Positions 1-9,332 of a DNA stretch of 64,000 nucleotides are shown here, one piece after another. The translations under genes were made by a program, and so were the position numbers. Under the pieces are notes generated by a model. That model was not told the DNA's origin. It ran no database searches and saw only the letters and a program-made list of their open reading frames with translations. Location: assembly GCA_964598185.1 (NCBI GenBank), contig CAZRAT010000001.1, positions 3,419-67,418 on the forward strand, given 5' to 3'. The stretch's first letter is position 1; every line of letters starts with the position of its first letter. This DNA is from Candidatus Woesearchaeota archaeon. Lineage in GTDB: Archaea; Nanobdellota; Nanobdellia; Pacearchaeales; GW2011-AR1.

Positions 1-176
1 TTATAAGCCGAGCTGGAGTGCCATTGGCAGGGCGAGAATTTACACTTGCATTAAATCCTAAAAGTAAAAATAAAAAATCGCGAGTGTGGACTCGAGTTGG
101 CGAGGCGCCAACTGCAGTTAGAATGGATAAAAAATTATAATAGAAATATTTAAAAATACCATTCTTAAATAATATC

Positions 177-377
177 ATGGAAGAAAATTTATGTGAATAC
201 GCAAAACCAGTTTATTTTTTGGACAATCTAGTAATTTTATGTGAAGGAAATTTATGTGATGGAAAATATAAAAAAACAATTCATGTGGATGGAGAACCAA
301 AAAATATTTGTTTGATAAACGGATTACTAAATAACGAAGTAAGAGAAATAAGTTTAATTAAAAAAATGAATGATTAA
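177..377 (+). CDS. hypothetical protein
   Basis: 66-aa ORF with an AT-rich TATA-like upstream region; no recognisable motif. Confidence 0.4.
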   Translation: MEENLCEYAKPVYFLDNLVILCEGNLCDGKYKKTIHVDGEPKNICLINGLLNNEVREISLIKKMND

Positions 378-1192
378 ACTAATTCTAAATCAACCCTCAA
401 TCTAATTTTATAAGGGGCTATCTCTCCTGCGTGTTTTATTTTCAAAACTTTAATTTTCTTTTTACTTTTCTTAGCCTCTAATTTTATCTTCTCAATAATC
501 AAACCCTCTTCTCCAACTTTACAAAAGTCATAATAATAAATTCTTGTTTTCTTTTTACTCAACATAAATGCTTGTTCAAGAAAACTATCTTTCAAACGAG
601 GACGAGGCATAACTATAACATCCATCTTAGGCAAAGTTTTCGCAACTCGCTTAATATCTCCAGGAACAATCTCAACTTTATTTTTCAAATTATTTCTCTC
701 AACATTCAACTTTGCATATTTGTTTGCTTCCCTATTTATCTCGTTAGAATAAACTTTACCACATTTTGAATTCTTCGCAATAACAATTGAAAAAGGCGCA
801 ACACCTGCAAACATCACCAAAACAGTTTCTCTTTTTTTTATCTTCTTCGCAATTTCATTTCTCTCATTACTCAACCTTGGAGAAAAATAAGTTGTATCAA
901 CATTAAAACGAAAAACACATCCGTTCTCCCTATACAAAACTTCTTTAGTCTTCTCGCCAGCCAAATGCTTTGTCTCCATCTTCCTCAATCTTCCTTTAAA
1001 CTTTCCAGACTTTTCCAAAACAGTTGTAATCTGCTTTTGCTCTTTAAGAATTTTCTTTGCAAATTTTGCCCTTAGTAAAGATTTTCTCTGAAAATCTTTC
1101 GGGGTACACCCTTGGGTGATAGAACTACTTATATCGTCTGAAAAATTCACAATAGCAATATTTCCAAGGATGTTGAATGCTCGTTGTTTCAT
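374..1192 (-). CDS. trm5: Trm5/TYW2 (Met-10+) family SAM-dependent tRNA methyltransferase, with an in-frame hairpin insertion near the N-terminus
   Basis: ENGCVFRF..YFSPRLSNER, MFAGVAPFSI SAM motif, NEINREA, IVMPRP. Confidence 0.8.
   Translation of the reverse strand: MKQRAFNILGNIAIVNFSDDISSSITQGCTPKDFQRKSLLRAKFAKKILKEQKQITTVLEKSGKFKGRLRKMETKHLAGEKTKEVLYRENGCVFRFNVDTTYFSPRLSNERNEIAKKIKKRETVLVMFAGVAPFSIVIAKNSKCGKVYSNEINREANKYAKLNVERNNLKNKVEIVPGDIKRVAKTLPKMDVIVMPRPRLKDSFLEQAFMLSKKKTRIYYYDFCKVGEEGLIIEKIKLEAKKSKKKIKVLKIKHAGEIAPYKIRLRVDLELV
1068..1118 (+). repeat. hairpin micro-element family A, copy 1 (in-frame in trm5)
   Basis: gcccttagtaaagattttctctgaaaatctttcggggtacacccttgggtg; aligns with 28568, 52674 and 53616. 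Confidence 0.85.
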
Positions 1193-1722
1193 ATTAATTT
1201 AAACTCCTTATACACTCTCCAGTATTTTCCAGATTTTTTCATGATTGTAATATTATCAAACATTAATTCAAATTTAGGTTTATCTAATTTTTTAAGGTAA
1301 TTCCAAATTCCATCAAAGCTCTCTTTAGTATTTCCATAAGAGATTGTTGAATGTGGATTCCATTTTTTATCAAATTTATTAATTTCAATTCCTTTTATTT
1401 TCTTAATATCATTAATCATTTCTCTTTGTATATGTAAAGCTGATTTAGAAAATTCAAATTTTAAAAACGCAACAAATCTACGAAAATGGCTAAACCCAAC
1501 AATATTTATTTTAGAAGGTTTATGATTTTTAACAAATTCACTTAAAATTTTTTCTACTTCTTTTATATTATCAATTTCAAAAGGAACTTTTAAAGTGATA
1601 TGTGCTGGAAGTTTTGATTCTAAAACATATCTCTCTCCAAATTTTGGACCAACTTCTTTAACTAGTTTTTGTCTGTATTTCCCTACTTCCCCTTTAATTA
1701 AATAAAATATTGAATACTTCAT
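1189..1722 (-). CDS. 2H phosphoesterase (2'-5' RNA ligase family)
   Basis: two HxT motifs, AHITL and PHSTI. Confidence 0.8.
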   Translation of the reverse strand: MKYSIFYLIKGEVGKYRQKLVKEVGPKFGERYVLESKLPAHITLKVPFEIDNIKEVEKILSEFVKNHKPSKINIVGFSHFRRFVAFLKFEFSKSALHIQREMINDIKKIKGIEINKFDKKWNPHSTISYGNTKESFDGIWNYLKKLDKPKFELMFDNITIMKKSGKYWRVYKEFKLI

Positions 1723-1746
1723 AATTAAAACAAGAACTTATTATTT

Positions 1747-2787
1747 TTAAAACCATCTCCCCAAATCTTTTTGTTTCTGCTTTTCCTCAATTCCCTTCAA
1801 CCTTTCTAATTGTTTATTCACTCTTTCCTCTGAAAAATTATGTCTCTCAACTAAAATTTCTTTTATCTTCTTTTCATCAACTTTCTTAAAATCAAACTCA
1901 GCATCAACAAATTCTGGCTTATGAAACAACTCAAAAATCTCTTTCCAATCAAATCTATCCTCTTCACTTAACCCCATCATCTGCTCCTCAACACTCTCAA
2001 AAATCAAAACCGGCTGCTTGTATTTCTTAACAATATCCAACGCTCTCTTCTGCCCAATTCCAGGAATCCCCTTTGGATTATAATCTGTCCCAACCAAAAT
2101 CCCAAGACAAATCAACTGGTCCAAATCAATCTCCAGAGAATTCAACACATCATCCAGTTTAATCAATTCTATTTTAATTTCAACATACCCTGAATAAGTT
2201 TTTCTTTTTCTGGACAAAGTCAAATTCCTAATTAATTTAGGTGCTCCAAAAAGTAAACTATCGTAATCTTGACTCGCGCTCGCATAAACTTCTTCTTTAA
2301 CTTTACAAAGATAAGCTGCCTCTGCCTCGCCCTCTCCAAAAGCCTGAACAACCGGAATCCCCATTGCCTTCAAAAGTTCCTTGCTCTCTTCAATCATCTC
2401 GTTATCAAGACGAACCATCTGCGAACTATATTTTTTCATCCCAGATAAATCCTCTTCTTGCTTTGCATTTTCATATTTTTCTTTAGCCAAGTCCCGAATC
2501 CCTTCTCGCTTCTCATGTGTCTTTGACTTCAAATCAGGAGCAACCCCATCAAAAACATAAACTAACTTCATTCCCTCAGAAAGCAACGCAATATTTCTAT
2601 AAAAAATTCCAGAAAGGTGGCTCGTCACTTTCTTATTATCGTCCATCAACGGCGTCCCGTCATATTGCCTAATAGTGGACAAAAACTGATACAAAACATT
2701 AAATGCATCAACACACAAAGTTTTGTCTTTCAGCGCAACAACTTCAATTTCCTTCCGAGGTATTATTTCCCTTATGTTTAATCCCAT
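1747..2787 (-). CDS. fen: flap endonuclease 1
   Basis: DAFNVLYQFL, EGEAEAAYL, SQDYDSLLFG, GTDYN..GIG, C-terminal PIP box QKDLGRWF. Confidence 0.97.
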   Translation of the reverse strand: MGLNIREIIPRKEIEVVALKDKTLCVDAFNVLYQFLSTIRQYDGTPLMDDNKKVTSHLSGIFYRNIALLSEGMKLVYVFDGVAPDLKSKTHEKREGIRDLAKEKYENAKQEEDLSGMKKYSSQMVRLDNEMIEESKELLKAMGIPVVQAFGEGEAEAAYLCKVKEEVYASASQDYDSLLFGAPKLIRNLTLSRKRKTYSGYVEIKIELIKLDDVLNSLEIDLDQLICLGILVGTDYNPKGIPGIGQKRALDIVKKYKQPVLIFESVEEQMMGLSEEDRFDWKEIFELFHKPEFVDAEFDFKKVDEKKIKEILVERHNFSEERVNKQLERLKGIEEKQKQKDLGRWF

Positions 2788-2817
2788 ATTATTTAGATGT
2801 ATAAGAAATATAAATAT

Positions 2818-3153
2818 TTATCTAAAGCCCTTAGATTCTGGAAAAAATATAAGATTAAAGGGAGAGTCATAATGAGAATCGCAATTACCTATGCTTGTCA
2901 TAACTCCATCTTGAAAATCAGAAATAATCCTTTGATAACTTCCTAAATATTTACTTTCTCTAAAAAATGGTAAAGAAAAGTTAAAAGGGATTTTATTGAT
3001 TTCCCCAGAGATTGAGACTCCCCTTGGTTTTTCTGTATTTACATAAAGCTTTGCTAATCGTGAAAATCCTTTAAAAGATAAATCTCCTTTTATTTTTCCA
3101 ACTAAAGAATCTAATGTTATAATTTCTTCTTTATCTTCTTTTGAGCTATTCAT
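2818..3153 (-). CDS. hypothetical protein
   Basis: 111-aa ORF between fen and polB; no motif. Confidence 0.5.
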   Translation of the reverse strand: MNSSKEDKEEIITLDSLVGKIKGDLSFKGFSRLAKLYVNTEKPRGVSISGEINKIPFNFSLPFFRESKYLGSYQRIISDFQDGVMTSIGNCDSHYDSPFNLIFFPESKGFR

Positions 3154-3235
3154 AATATAACCACTATTTAGTAGTATTTAAAGTTTTTGTTTTATAATTA
3201 TTAACCTTTAAATAATTCAAATTTCTCTTATATTT

Positions 3236-5794
3236 ATGAAAACAGATTTCATCCCAATTGATTATGATTTTTTCGATTTTCAAGGGAAAAACTATGCGAA
3301 AATCATAGGAAGAAACAGCCAAGGCCATAGAGTTTGCATAATAGACTCTTGTCCAATTTACCTCTGGGCTATTTTAAAAGATAATCTAAAAAAAGAGAAG
3401 ATAAACAAATTAATAGAAAAATTAAAAAAAATAAAATTGGATTCAAAAGGAAGAAACACAAAAGTCGAATCAGTGGAATTGCATGAAAAAAAATTTCTAG
3501 GGAAAAAAGTCAAAGCACTAAAAGTTTTCGCAACAAACTACAAAGATTTACACGAGATTGCAAACAAACTTGACTTTTCAGAAATAGAAAAAAGAAGAGG
3601 ATATGATTTAGGACTCACAACACATTACATAATAGAAAAAAATATTTTACCTTTAAACTGGTATGAAATCTCTGGAGAAGTTTTAAACAATTCCTTAGAA
3701 TTTGGGGGAATAGATTCTATTCTTGAAGTTGATTTATGTTTAAAATTAGAGAACTCAAAAAAAATTCCAGACAAAAAATTCAAGCCAAAAGTCCTTTCTT
3801 ACGACATTGAAACAGACTCGTTAAAAATCGGTGAAGGAGAAATATTAATGATTTCATTAGTTTCAGATAATTTCAAAAAGGTTTTAACTTGGAAAGGTAA
3901 AAAAGATAATGAAAAAGAACTTGCGACTTCCATCGGAGGCTCTAAAAGAAGTCGCCGCACAGCACTTCGAGGAAGTTTGAAAGAAACCAACGGGTGTCAT
4001 TCATATGTTGAATATGTAAAAGATGAAACAGAACTTTTGGAAAAATTTGTAGAATACGTCAAAAAAATTTCTCCGGATTTTCTTACAGGATACTTTTCAG
4101 ATGGTTTTGATATGCCTTACATAAAAGCCAGAGCAGAAAAAAACAAAATAAAACTACCCTTAGGTTTAGACGGAACTCAACCAAAATTCTCAAGAGGAAT
4201 AAATTTAACAGGAAAAATAAACGGAATTGTCCACGTCGACCTTTTAAAATTTTTAAGAACTTCTTACGCCCAATATATGCAATCAGAAACCCTTTCATTA
4301 AACGAAGTTTCAAAAGAATTTCTCGGCGACACGAAAAAAGATTTCAAAATGAGGCATTCGTCAAATTTCAAAGGAATGGAGTGGAAAAAATATTACGAAT
4401 ACAATTTACATGATTCAGTTTTAGTCTTCAATTTATTTGAAAAATTCTGGCCAGACTTATTAGAATTTTCAAAAATTATACAAGAACCAATTTTCGAAGT
4501 CTCACGTAATGGTTTGTCAAAACAAGTTGAATCTTACATCTTACATAACCTAAAAACTTTCAATGAAATTCCAGAAAAACGCCCAACCTATGATGAAATT
4601 CGTGAAAGGCGTGAAAGACCTCATTCAAAAGGAGCATTTGTCTTCGAGCCAAAACCAGGGCTTTACAAAAAAATAGCAATGTTCGACTTTACATCAATGC
4701 ACACAAGCATAATCGTCTCATTTAATTTATCAAAATCAACACTTTTAGAAAAAAGGGAAAAGAATTCTTACGAATCTCCGGAGATAAATTACAAAGGAAA
4801 ACAAACAAAATTTTATTTTGAAAAAAAACCAGGATTTTTCCCAATACTTGTAAAAGAAATTTTTGAAAAAAGAAAACAATTCAAAACAGAATACAAAAAA
4901 AACTCAAACACAATCACTCAAGCACGAAGCAATGCATTTAAATTATTATCTGCATCAGTGCACGGCTATGTCGCTTTTTTCGGTGCAAGATATTTTTCAG
5001 CTGAAGCATCAAATTCAATTCTTGCTTTTGTAAGAAAACTAAACAAAGAAGCGATTGAAAAAACAAAAGAAGCAGGTTACAAAGTTATCTATGCTGATAC
5101 CGACAGCGTCGCTTTTTCCCTTGAAAACAAAACCCAAAAACAAGCACTAGAATTTTTAAAAAAATTAAATTCAGAACTTCCAGGAATTATGGAACTTGAA
5201 TTAGATGGATTTTTTGAAAGAGGACTATGGGTCACAACTCGTGCAGGAACAACAGGTGCCAAGAAAAAATATGCTTTAATAGACAAACAAGGAAAAATAA
5301 AAATAAGAGGTTTTGAAACAGTTCGAAGAGATTGGTGCAAAATAGCAAGAGAAGTTCAAAACAAAATTATCAGGCAAATTCTAAAAGAAGGTAATGAAAA
5401 GAAATCGCTTGAATATGTAAAAGAAATAATTAAAAAAATAAAGCAAAGAAAAATTGATAGAGAAGATTTAATTATAAGGACTCAGTTGAAAAAACCAATT
5501 TCAGAATACCTTGCAATTACTCCTCACGTTATTGCTGCAAAAAAAATGCAAGAACAAGAAATTCCAATAAGTCAAGGAAATTTAATAGAATATTTTATCG
5601 CGGAAACTCCCGGAAAGAAAAAACTCGTCAGAGATAGAGTGAAACTTCCTAATGAAAAAGGCGACTACGATATAGATTATTATTTGGAGAACCAAGTTCT
5701 TCCAGCTGTTGAAAACATTTTTCAAGTTTTTGGTTTAAACATTAAAGAAATCATTGATGGTAAGAAGCAGGATAAATTGGAGAAATGGTTTTAA
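3236..5794 (+). CDS. polB: family B DNA polymerase with non-canonical motifs A/B and an in-frame insertion in the exonuclease domain
   Basis: ExoI YDIET, ExoII GYFSDGFD, ExoIII YNLHDS, DFTSMHTS, KLLSASVHGY, YADTDS, KKKYAL, RRDW, PIP box QDKLEKWF. Confidence 0.95.
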   Translation: MKTDFIPIDYDFFDFQGKNYAKIIGRNSQGHRVCIIDSCPIYLWAILKDNLKKEKINKLIEKLKKIKLDSKGRNTKVESVELHEKKFLGKKVKALKVFATNYKDLHEIANKLDFSEIEKRRGYDLGLTTHYIIEKNILPLNWYEISGEVLNNSLEFGGIDSILEVDLCLKLENSKKIPDKKFKPKVLSYDIETDSLKIGEGEILMISLVSDNFKKVLTWKGKKDNEKELATSIGGSKRSRRTALRGSLKETNGCHSYVEYVKDETELLEKFVEYVKKISPDFLTGYFSDGFDMPYIKARAEKNKIKLPLGLDGTQPKFSRGINLTGKINGIVHVDLLKFLRTSYAQYMQSETLSLNEVSKEFLGDTKKDFKMRHSSNFKGMEWKKYYEYNLHDSVLVFNLFEKFWPDLLEFSKIIQEPIFEVSRNGLSKQVESYILHNLKTFNEIPEKRPTYDEIRERRERPHSKGAFVFEPKPGLYKKIAMFDFTSMHTSIIVSFNLSKSTLLEKREKNSYESPEINYKGKQTKFYFEKKPGFFPILVKEIFEKRKQFKTEYKKNSNTITQARSNAFKLLSASVHGYVAFFGARYFSAEASNSILAFVRKLNKEAIEKTKEAGYKVIYADTDSVAFSLENKTQKQALEFLKKLNSELPGIMELELDGFFERGLWVTTRAGTTGAKKKYALIDKQGKIKIRGFETVRRDWCKIAREVQNKIIRQILKEGNEKKSLEYVKEIIKKIKQRKIDREDLIIRTQLKKPISEYLAITPHVIAAKKMQEQEIPISQGNLIEYFIAETPGKKKLVRDRVKLPNEKGDYDIDYYLENQVLPAVENIFQVFGLNIKEIIDGKKQDKLEKWF
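3923..3997 (+). repeat. hairpin micro-element family B, copy 1 (in-frame in polB)
   Basis: gcgacttc-catcggaggctctaaaa-gaagtcgc followed by a tail ending aaacc..ggt; aligns with 35891 and 47905. Confidence 0.8.
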
Positions 5795-5862
5795 ACATAA
5801 CCATTAAAAAAATATATGTTTTAGTTGCTATAAAGATATAAAGAATTAAATGATTAAGAAAT

Positions 5863-6840
5863 ATGCAAACAGCAATAGCAATAGATTATAGAGATTTTAT
5901 TCCAAATCCAGGAAATTGGCCAAGCACCTCTGAACAAAAAAAATTAGTGAATTTGGCAAGGGAAGAAATAAAAAAGAATAAAAAATATGATTCTACTTAT
6001 TGCTCTTATAAAGAAATAAAAGAGAGGGCAAAAGATAATCCTTTTTTAGGATTGCTACTTTTAAATGCTGTTCCTTTTCATAAAGAAACCTTTCAATATC
6101 TACAAGAAAAAGGAATTAATACATTAAAAAGAAGAGAATACTCTTCAGCAACAATATTTGCAAAAGCAACATTTCTTCCAGAAAAAGAATTCTCAATGTT
6201 ATTTAAAAAAGGATTAAAATTTTATCAAGAAGAAGTAAGTAACCACGAAAAGGAAATTTTAGAATTAGAAACAAACCTTTCAAAAACAGAATTTAATTTG
6301 GACTATGAAGAGGCTTTAATACATAAAAGCAATGCTTTAGAACAGCTTTCTATAATGCACAAGCTAATACACCATGAACAAGAAGCAGAAATAAAAGCTA
6401 TTCAAGCAGTTAAAATATTAGAAAAACTTGGAAAATATTCATGGAAAATAGGAGGAGTTAGCCCAGAAGAATGTCATTTTCAGCAAGCAGCAGGAATATT
6501 AGAAGATGTTAATGTTGAAGGACACATTTCAAAAAGAATAAGATACCTTACTAAAGGAGGAAATTATAGAGGGGCACTAGAACTCTCCAAAAGAACACAG
6601 GAATTTAATAAAAAAACAAGAAAAATTTTAAAAAAAGCTGCACACCAATACCAACAAGATTTCCTAGAAGATGAAGAGTTAAATTTTAGATCTGGACAAA
6701 TTGAATCATTACTTAAAAGGATAAATTGTTTTAAAGAATTAGGCTTACTCAAAAAAATAGATGAAGTACAAGGAGAATTAGATAAATTAACCTTTGGAGG
6801 ACAAAAAGAAAAAGAAGAATTCTATGCCAAATATGCTTAA
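5863..6840 (+). CDS. hypothetical helical protein
   Basis: 325-aa ORF with a helical, charged composition; no motif recognised. Confidence 0.6.
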   Translation: MQTAIAIDYRDFIPNPGNWPSTSEQKKLVNLAREEIKKNKKYDSTYCSYKEIKERAKDNPFLGLLLLNAVPFHKETFQYLQEKGINTLKRREYSSATIFAKATFLPEKEFSMLFKKGLKFYQEEVSNHEKEILELETNLSKTEFNLDYEEALIHKSNALEQLSIMHKLIHHEQEAEIKAIQAVKILEKLGKYSWKIGGVSPEECHFQQAAGILEDVNVEGHISKRIRYLTKGGNYRGALELSKRTQEFNKKTRKILKKAAHQYQQDFLEDEELNFRSGQIESLLKRINCFKELGLLKKIDEVQGELDKLTFGGQKEKEEFYAKYA

Positions 6841-6941
6841 AAAATCCTCCATAAAAATTTAAAGAAAATCAAAGAAATTATATTTTTCTCCAAAAAGAAA
6901 AAATCCATTAAGAATATAAAACCCTTTGAAGATATCTTATT

Positions 6942-7976
6942 ATGCAAAGAAAAACAACTCCCGACCTCGCACGAGAAATTAATAAAAAAGAATATTTCTC
7001 TCTACCACGAAATCGCTCGCCAGAACCTAAACCACTTTTTTTAGAAAGAATGCAAGAACTTCTTCCAGATAAAAAAGATTTTCAAAACTATTTAGATATT
7101 TTGAAAGTTCCTCCTGTGCGTTCTATTCGCTGTAATAAATTAAAAATTTCTCCAGAAGAATTAAAGAAAAAACTTGAAAATAAAAAATGGAAAATAAAAC
7201 AACCTTGGAAAAATTATCCAGAAGTTATGATTGTTGAAAATAATTTAGAACCAGGAGAATTAGGAAGAGCACTTGAACATCTTCTTGGCTATTATTATAT
7301 TCAAGAACTTGCAAGCATGTTACCTGTAATGGCTTTTGACCTAAAAGAAAATGAAACAATTTTAGATTTGTGTTCTTCTCCAGGAAGCAAAACAACACAA
7401 CTTGCTTCTGAAATAAAAAATATAGGAACAATAATCGCGAATGAAGTTAGTATAGGAAGAATAAAAATTCTTGCATCAAATTTAGAAAGATGTGGAGTAA
7501 CAAATACAATTATAACAAAAAAAGAAGGAAGATCATTTTGCAAAAGAATTAAAAAATACGACCCAGAATTTAAATTTTCAAAAATATTAGTAGATGCACC
7601 TTGCTCTGGAGAAGGAACCTTGCGAAGTTCTCTAAAAACTTATGTTATGTGGAATATTAAAACAATAAAAGCACTTCCAAGAATCCAAAAACAACTTGTT
7701 CTCTCTGCTTTTGAAATCTTAGAACCAGGAGGAGAATTAATTTATTCAACTTGCACTCACGCGCCAGAAGAAAACGAAGAAGTTATTGATTTTGTTTTAA
7801 AGGAATTAGGAAATAAAATAAAACTTGAAAAAGTTTCTTTACCTATAAAAGTAAGAGAAGGAATTATAAAATGGGAAAATCAAGATTTTTCATCAAAAGT
7901 AAAAAAATGTGCAAGAATTTATCCGCAAGACAATAATACTGAGGGATTTTTTATTGCGAAGTTTAGGAAAAAATGA
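6942..7976 (+). CDS. RsmB/NOL1/NOP2 family RNA m5C methyltransferase with an N-terminal in-frame hairpin insertion
   Basis: YIQELASM, DLCSSPGSKT, LVDAPCSGEG, YSTCT..PEENE, GFFIAK. Confidence 0.93.
   Translation: MQRKTTPDLAREINKKEYFSLPRNRSPEPKPLFLERMQELLPDKKDFQNYLDILKVPPVRSIRCNKLKISPEELKKKLENKKWKIKQPWKNYPEVMIVENNLEPGELGRALEHLLGYYYIQELASMLPVMAFDLKENETILDLCSSPGSKTTQLASEIKNIGTIIANEVSIGRIKILASNLERCGVTNTIITKKEGRSFCKRIKKYDPEFKFSKILVDAPCSGEGTLRSSLKTYVMWNIKTIKALPRIQKQLVLSAFEILEPGGELIYSTCTHAPEENEEVIDFVLKELGNKIKLEKVSLPIKVREGIIKWENQDFSSKVKKCARIYPQDNNTEGFFIAKFRKK
6957..7019 (-). repeat. hairpin micro-element family C, copy 1 (63 nt, in-frame in the NOP2-type gene)
   Basis: reverse complement cgagcgatttcgtggtaga...cgtgcgaggtcgggag matches 49432-49487. 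Confidence 0.8.
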
Positions 7977-8431
7977 ACTATCTAAAAATTTTCTCACAAA
8001 AAGAAAAAGAAAACATAATTGAAAAATTAAAACAACAATTGGGAGTAACAAAAGTAAATGGAATTTTTGTTAAAAAAGGAACAGAACGATTGTTTTTATT
8101 TCAAGGGGATCTTACGCAAAAACAAATACATAATTTAGAACAAACTATTCCTATTGAACGAGTAGGTATTTATTTTGGAAAAATAATACATGATGAAATA
8201 CGATTAAGTATTGATGGGGTTCAGTTATTAAAAAACCAAATAACAAAGAACATTTTTGAACTTGATAAAGAACAAGCAGAACTTTGGATGAAAGGAAATG
8301 AACTTGAAATCAAAACAGGGAAAAAAGGATTTTTGATTATGAAATACAAAAATAATTTTCTTGGATGTGGAAAAGCCTCTGAACTAAAAATAGGGAATTT
8401 TATTCCTAAATCACGAAGACTTAAAAAATAA
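7973..8431 (+). CDS. NIP7/PUA-like partner of the NOP2 methylase (RsmF C-terminal-like)
   Basis: GIYFGK, RLSIDG, WMKG, GCGK, NFIPKSRR; overlaps the methylase stop codon. Confidence 0.75.
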   Translation: MNYLKIFSQKEKENIIEKLKQQLGVTKVNGIFVKKGTERLFLFQGDLTQKQIHNLEQTIPIERVGIYFGKIIHDEIRLSIDGVQLLKNQITKNIFELDKEQAELWMKGNELEIKTGKKGFLIMKYKNNFLGCGKASELKIGNFIPKSRRLKK

Positions 8432-8449
8432 AGAATTCTATTAAAAAAA

Positions 8450-9328
8450 ATGAACAATCAAAAAATCCTCCAAGCAGGAAAAATATCATCAGAAGTTAAA
8501 AAATACGCAAGGTCTTTTATAAAAAAAGATATGCCCCTCTTAGAAATAGCTGAAAAAATAGAAAATAAAATTATAGAACTTGGAGGCAAAATGGCTTTTC
8601 CTACAAATTTGAGCATAAACAACATTGCTGCACATTATACCCCCTCTTACGACGATAAATCTCTTGCACATGGACTTTTAAAAATTGATTTAGGAGTTCA
8701 TATAGATGGGTGGATTGCAGATACTGCTTTTTCAATGGATTTAGAAGATAGCGAAGAAAACAAAAAATTAATTCAAGCTTCTAAAAAAGCATTAGAAAAT
8801 GCAATTAAAATTGCAAAAGAAAATGTTAGTGTAGGAAAAATAGGGCAAGTTGTTCAAGAAACAATTGAATCTTATGGATTTTCTTCTGTGATTAATTTAT
8901 CCGGACATCAGATTGAACAATATGAATTACACGCAGGATTAACAATTCCAAATATTGATAATAAACAAAAAGATAAACTAGAAAAAGGACTTTATGCAAT
9001 AGAACCATTTGCAACAACAAGAAATGGAAAAGTTCATGATGGAAAACCTTCAGGGATATATGTTTTAATTAATGAGAAAAATATAAGAAGTTCAATTGCA
9101 AGAGAAGTTTTGAAATTTATTTCTAAAGAATATAAGACCATTCCTTTTTGCTCAAGGTGGCTTGTAAAAAAATTTGGAACAAAAGCCTTGTTTGGATTAA
9201 AACAATTAGAAGACAATGGAAATCTGCACCACTTTGCACAATTAGTTGAAAAACAAGGTTCAAAAGTTGCACAAACAGAACAAACAATTTTAATTGATGA
9301 TAAAGAAGTTATTGTGACAAGCGAATAA
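8450..9328 (+). CDS. map: type II methionine aminopeptidase
   Basis: AFP..LSIN..AAHYTP, DLGVHIDGWIAD, SGH, IEPFAT. Confidence 0.95.
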   Translation: MNNQKILQAGKISSEVKKYARSFIKKDMPLLEIAEKIENKIIELGGKMAFPTNLSINNIAAHYTPSYDDKSLAHGLLKIDLGVHIDGWIADTAFSMDLEDSEENKKLIQASKKALENAIKIAKENVSVGKIGQVVQETIESYGFSSVINLSGHQIEQYELHAGLTIPNIDNKQKDKLEKGLYAIEPFATTRNGKVHDGKPSGIYVLINEKNIRSSIAREVLKFISKEYKTIPFCSRWLVKKFGTKALFGLKQLEDNGNLHHFAQLVEKQGSKVAQTEQTILIDDKEVIVTSE

Positions 9329-9332
9329 TTAT

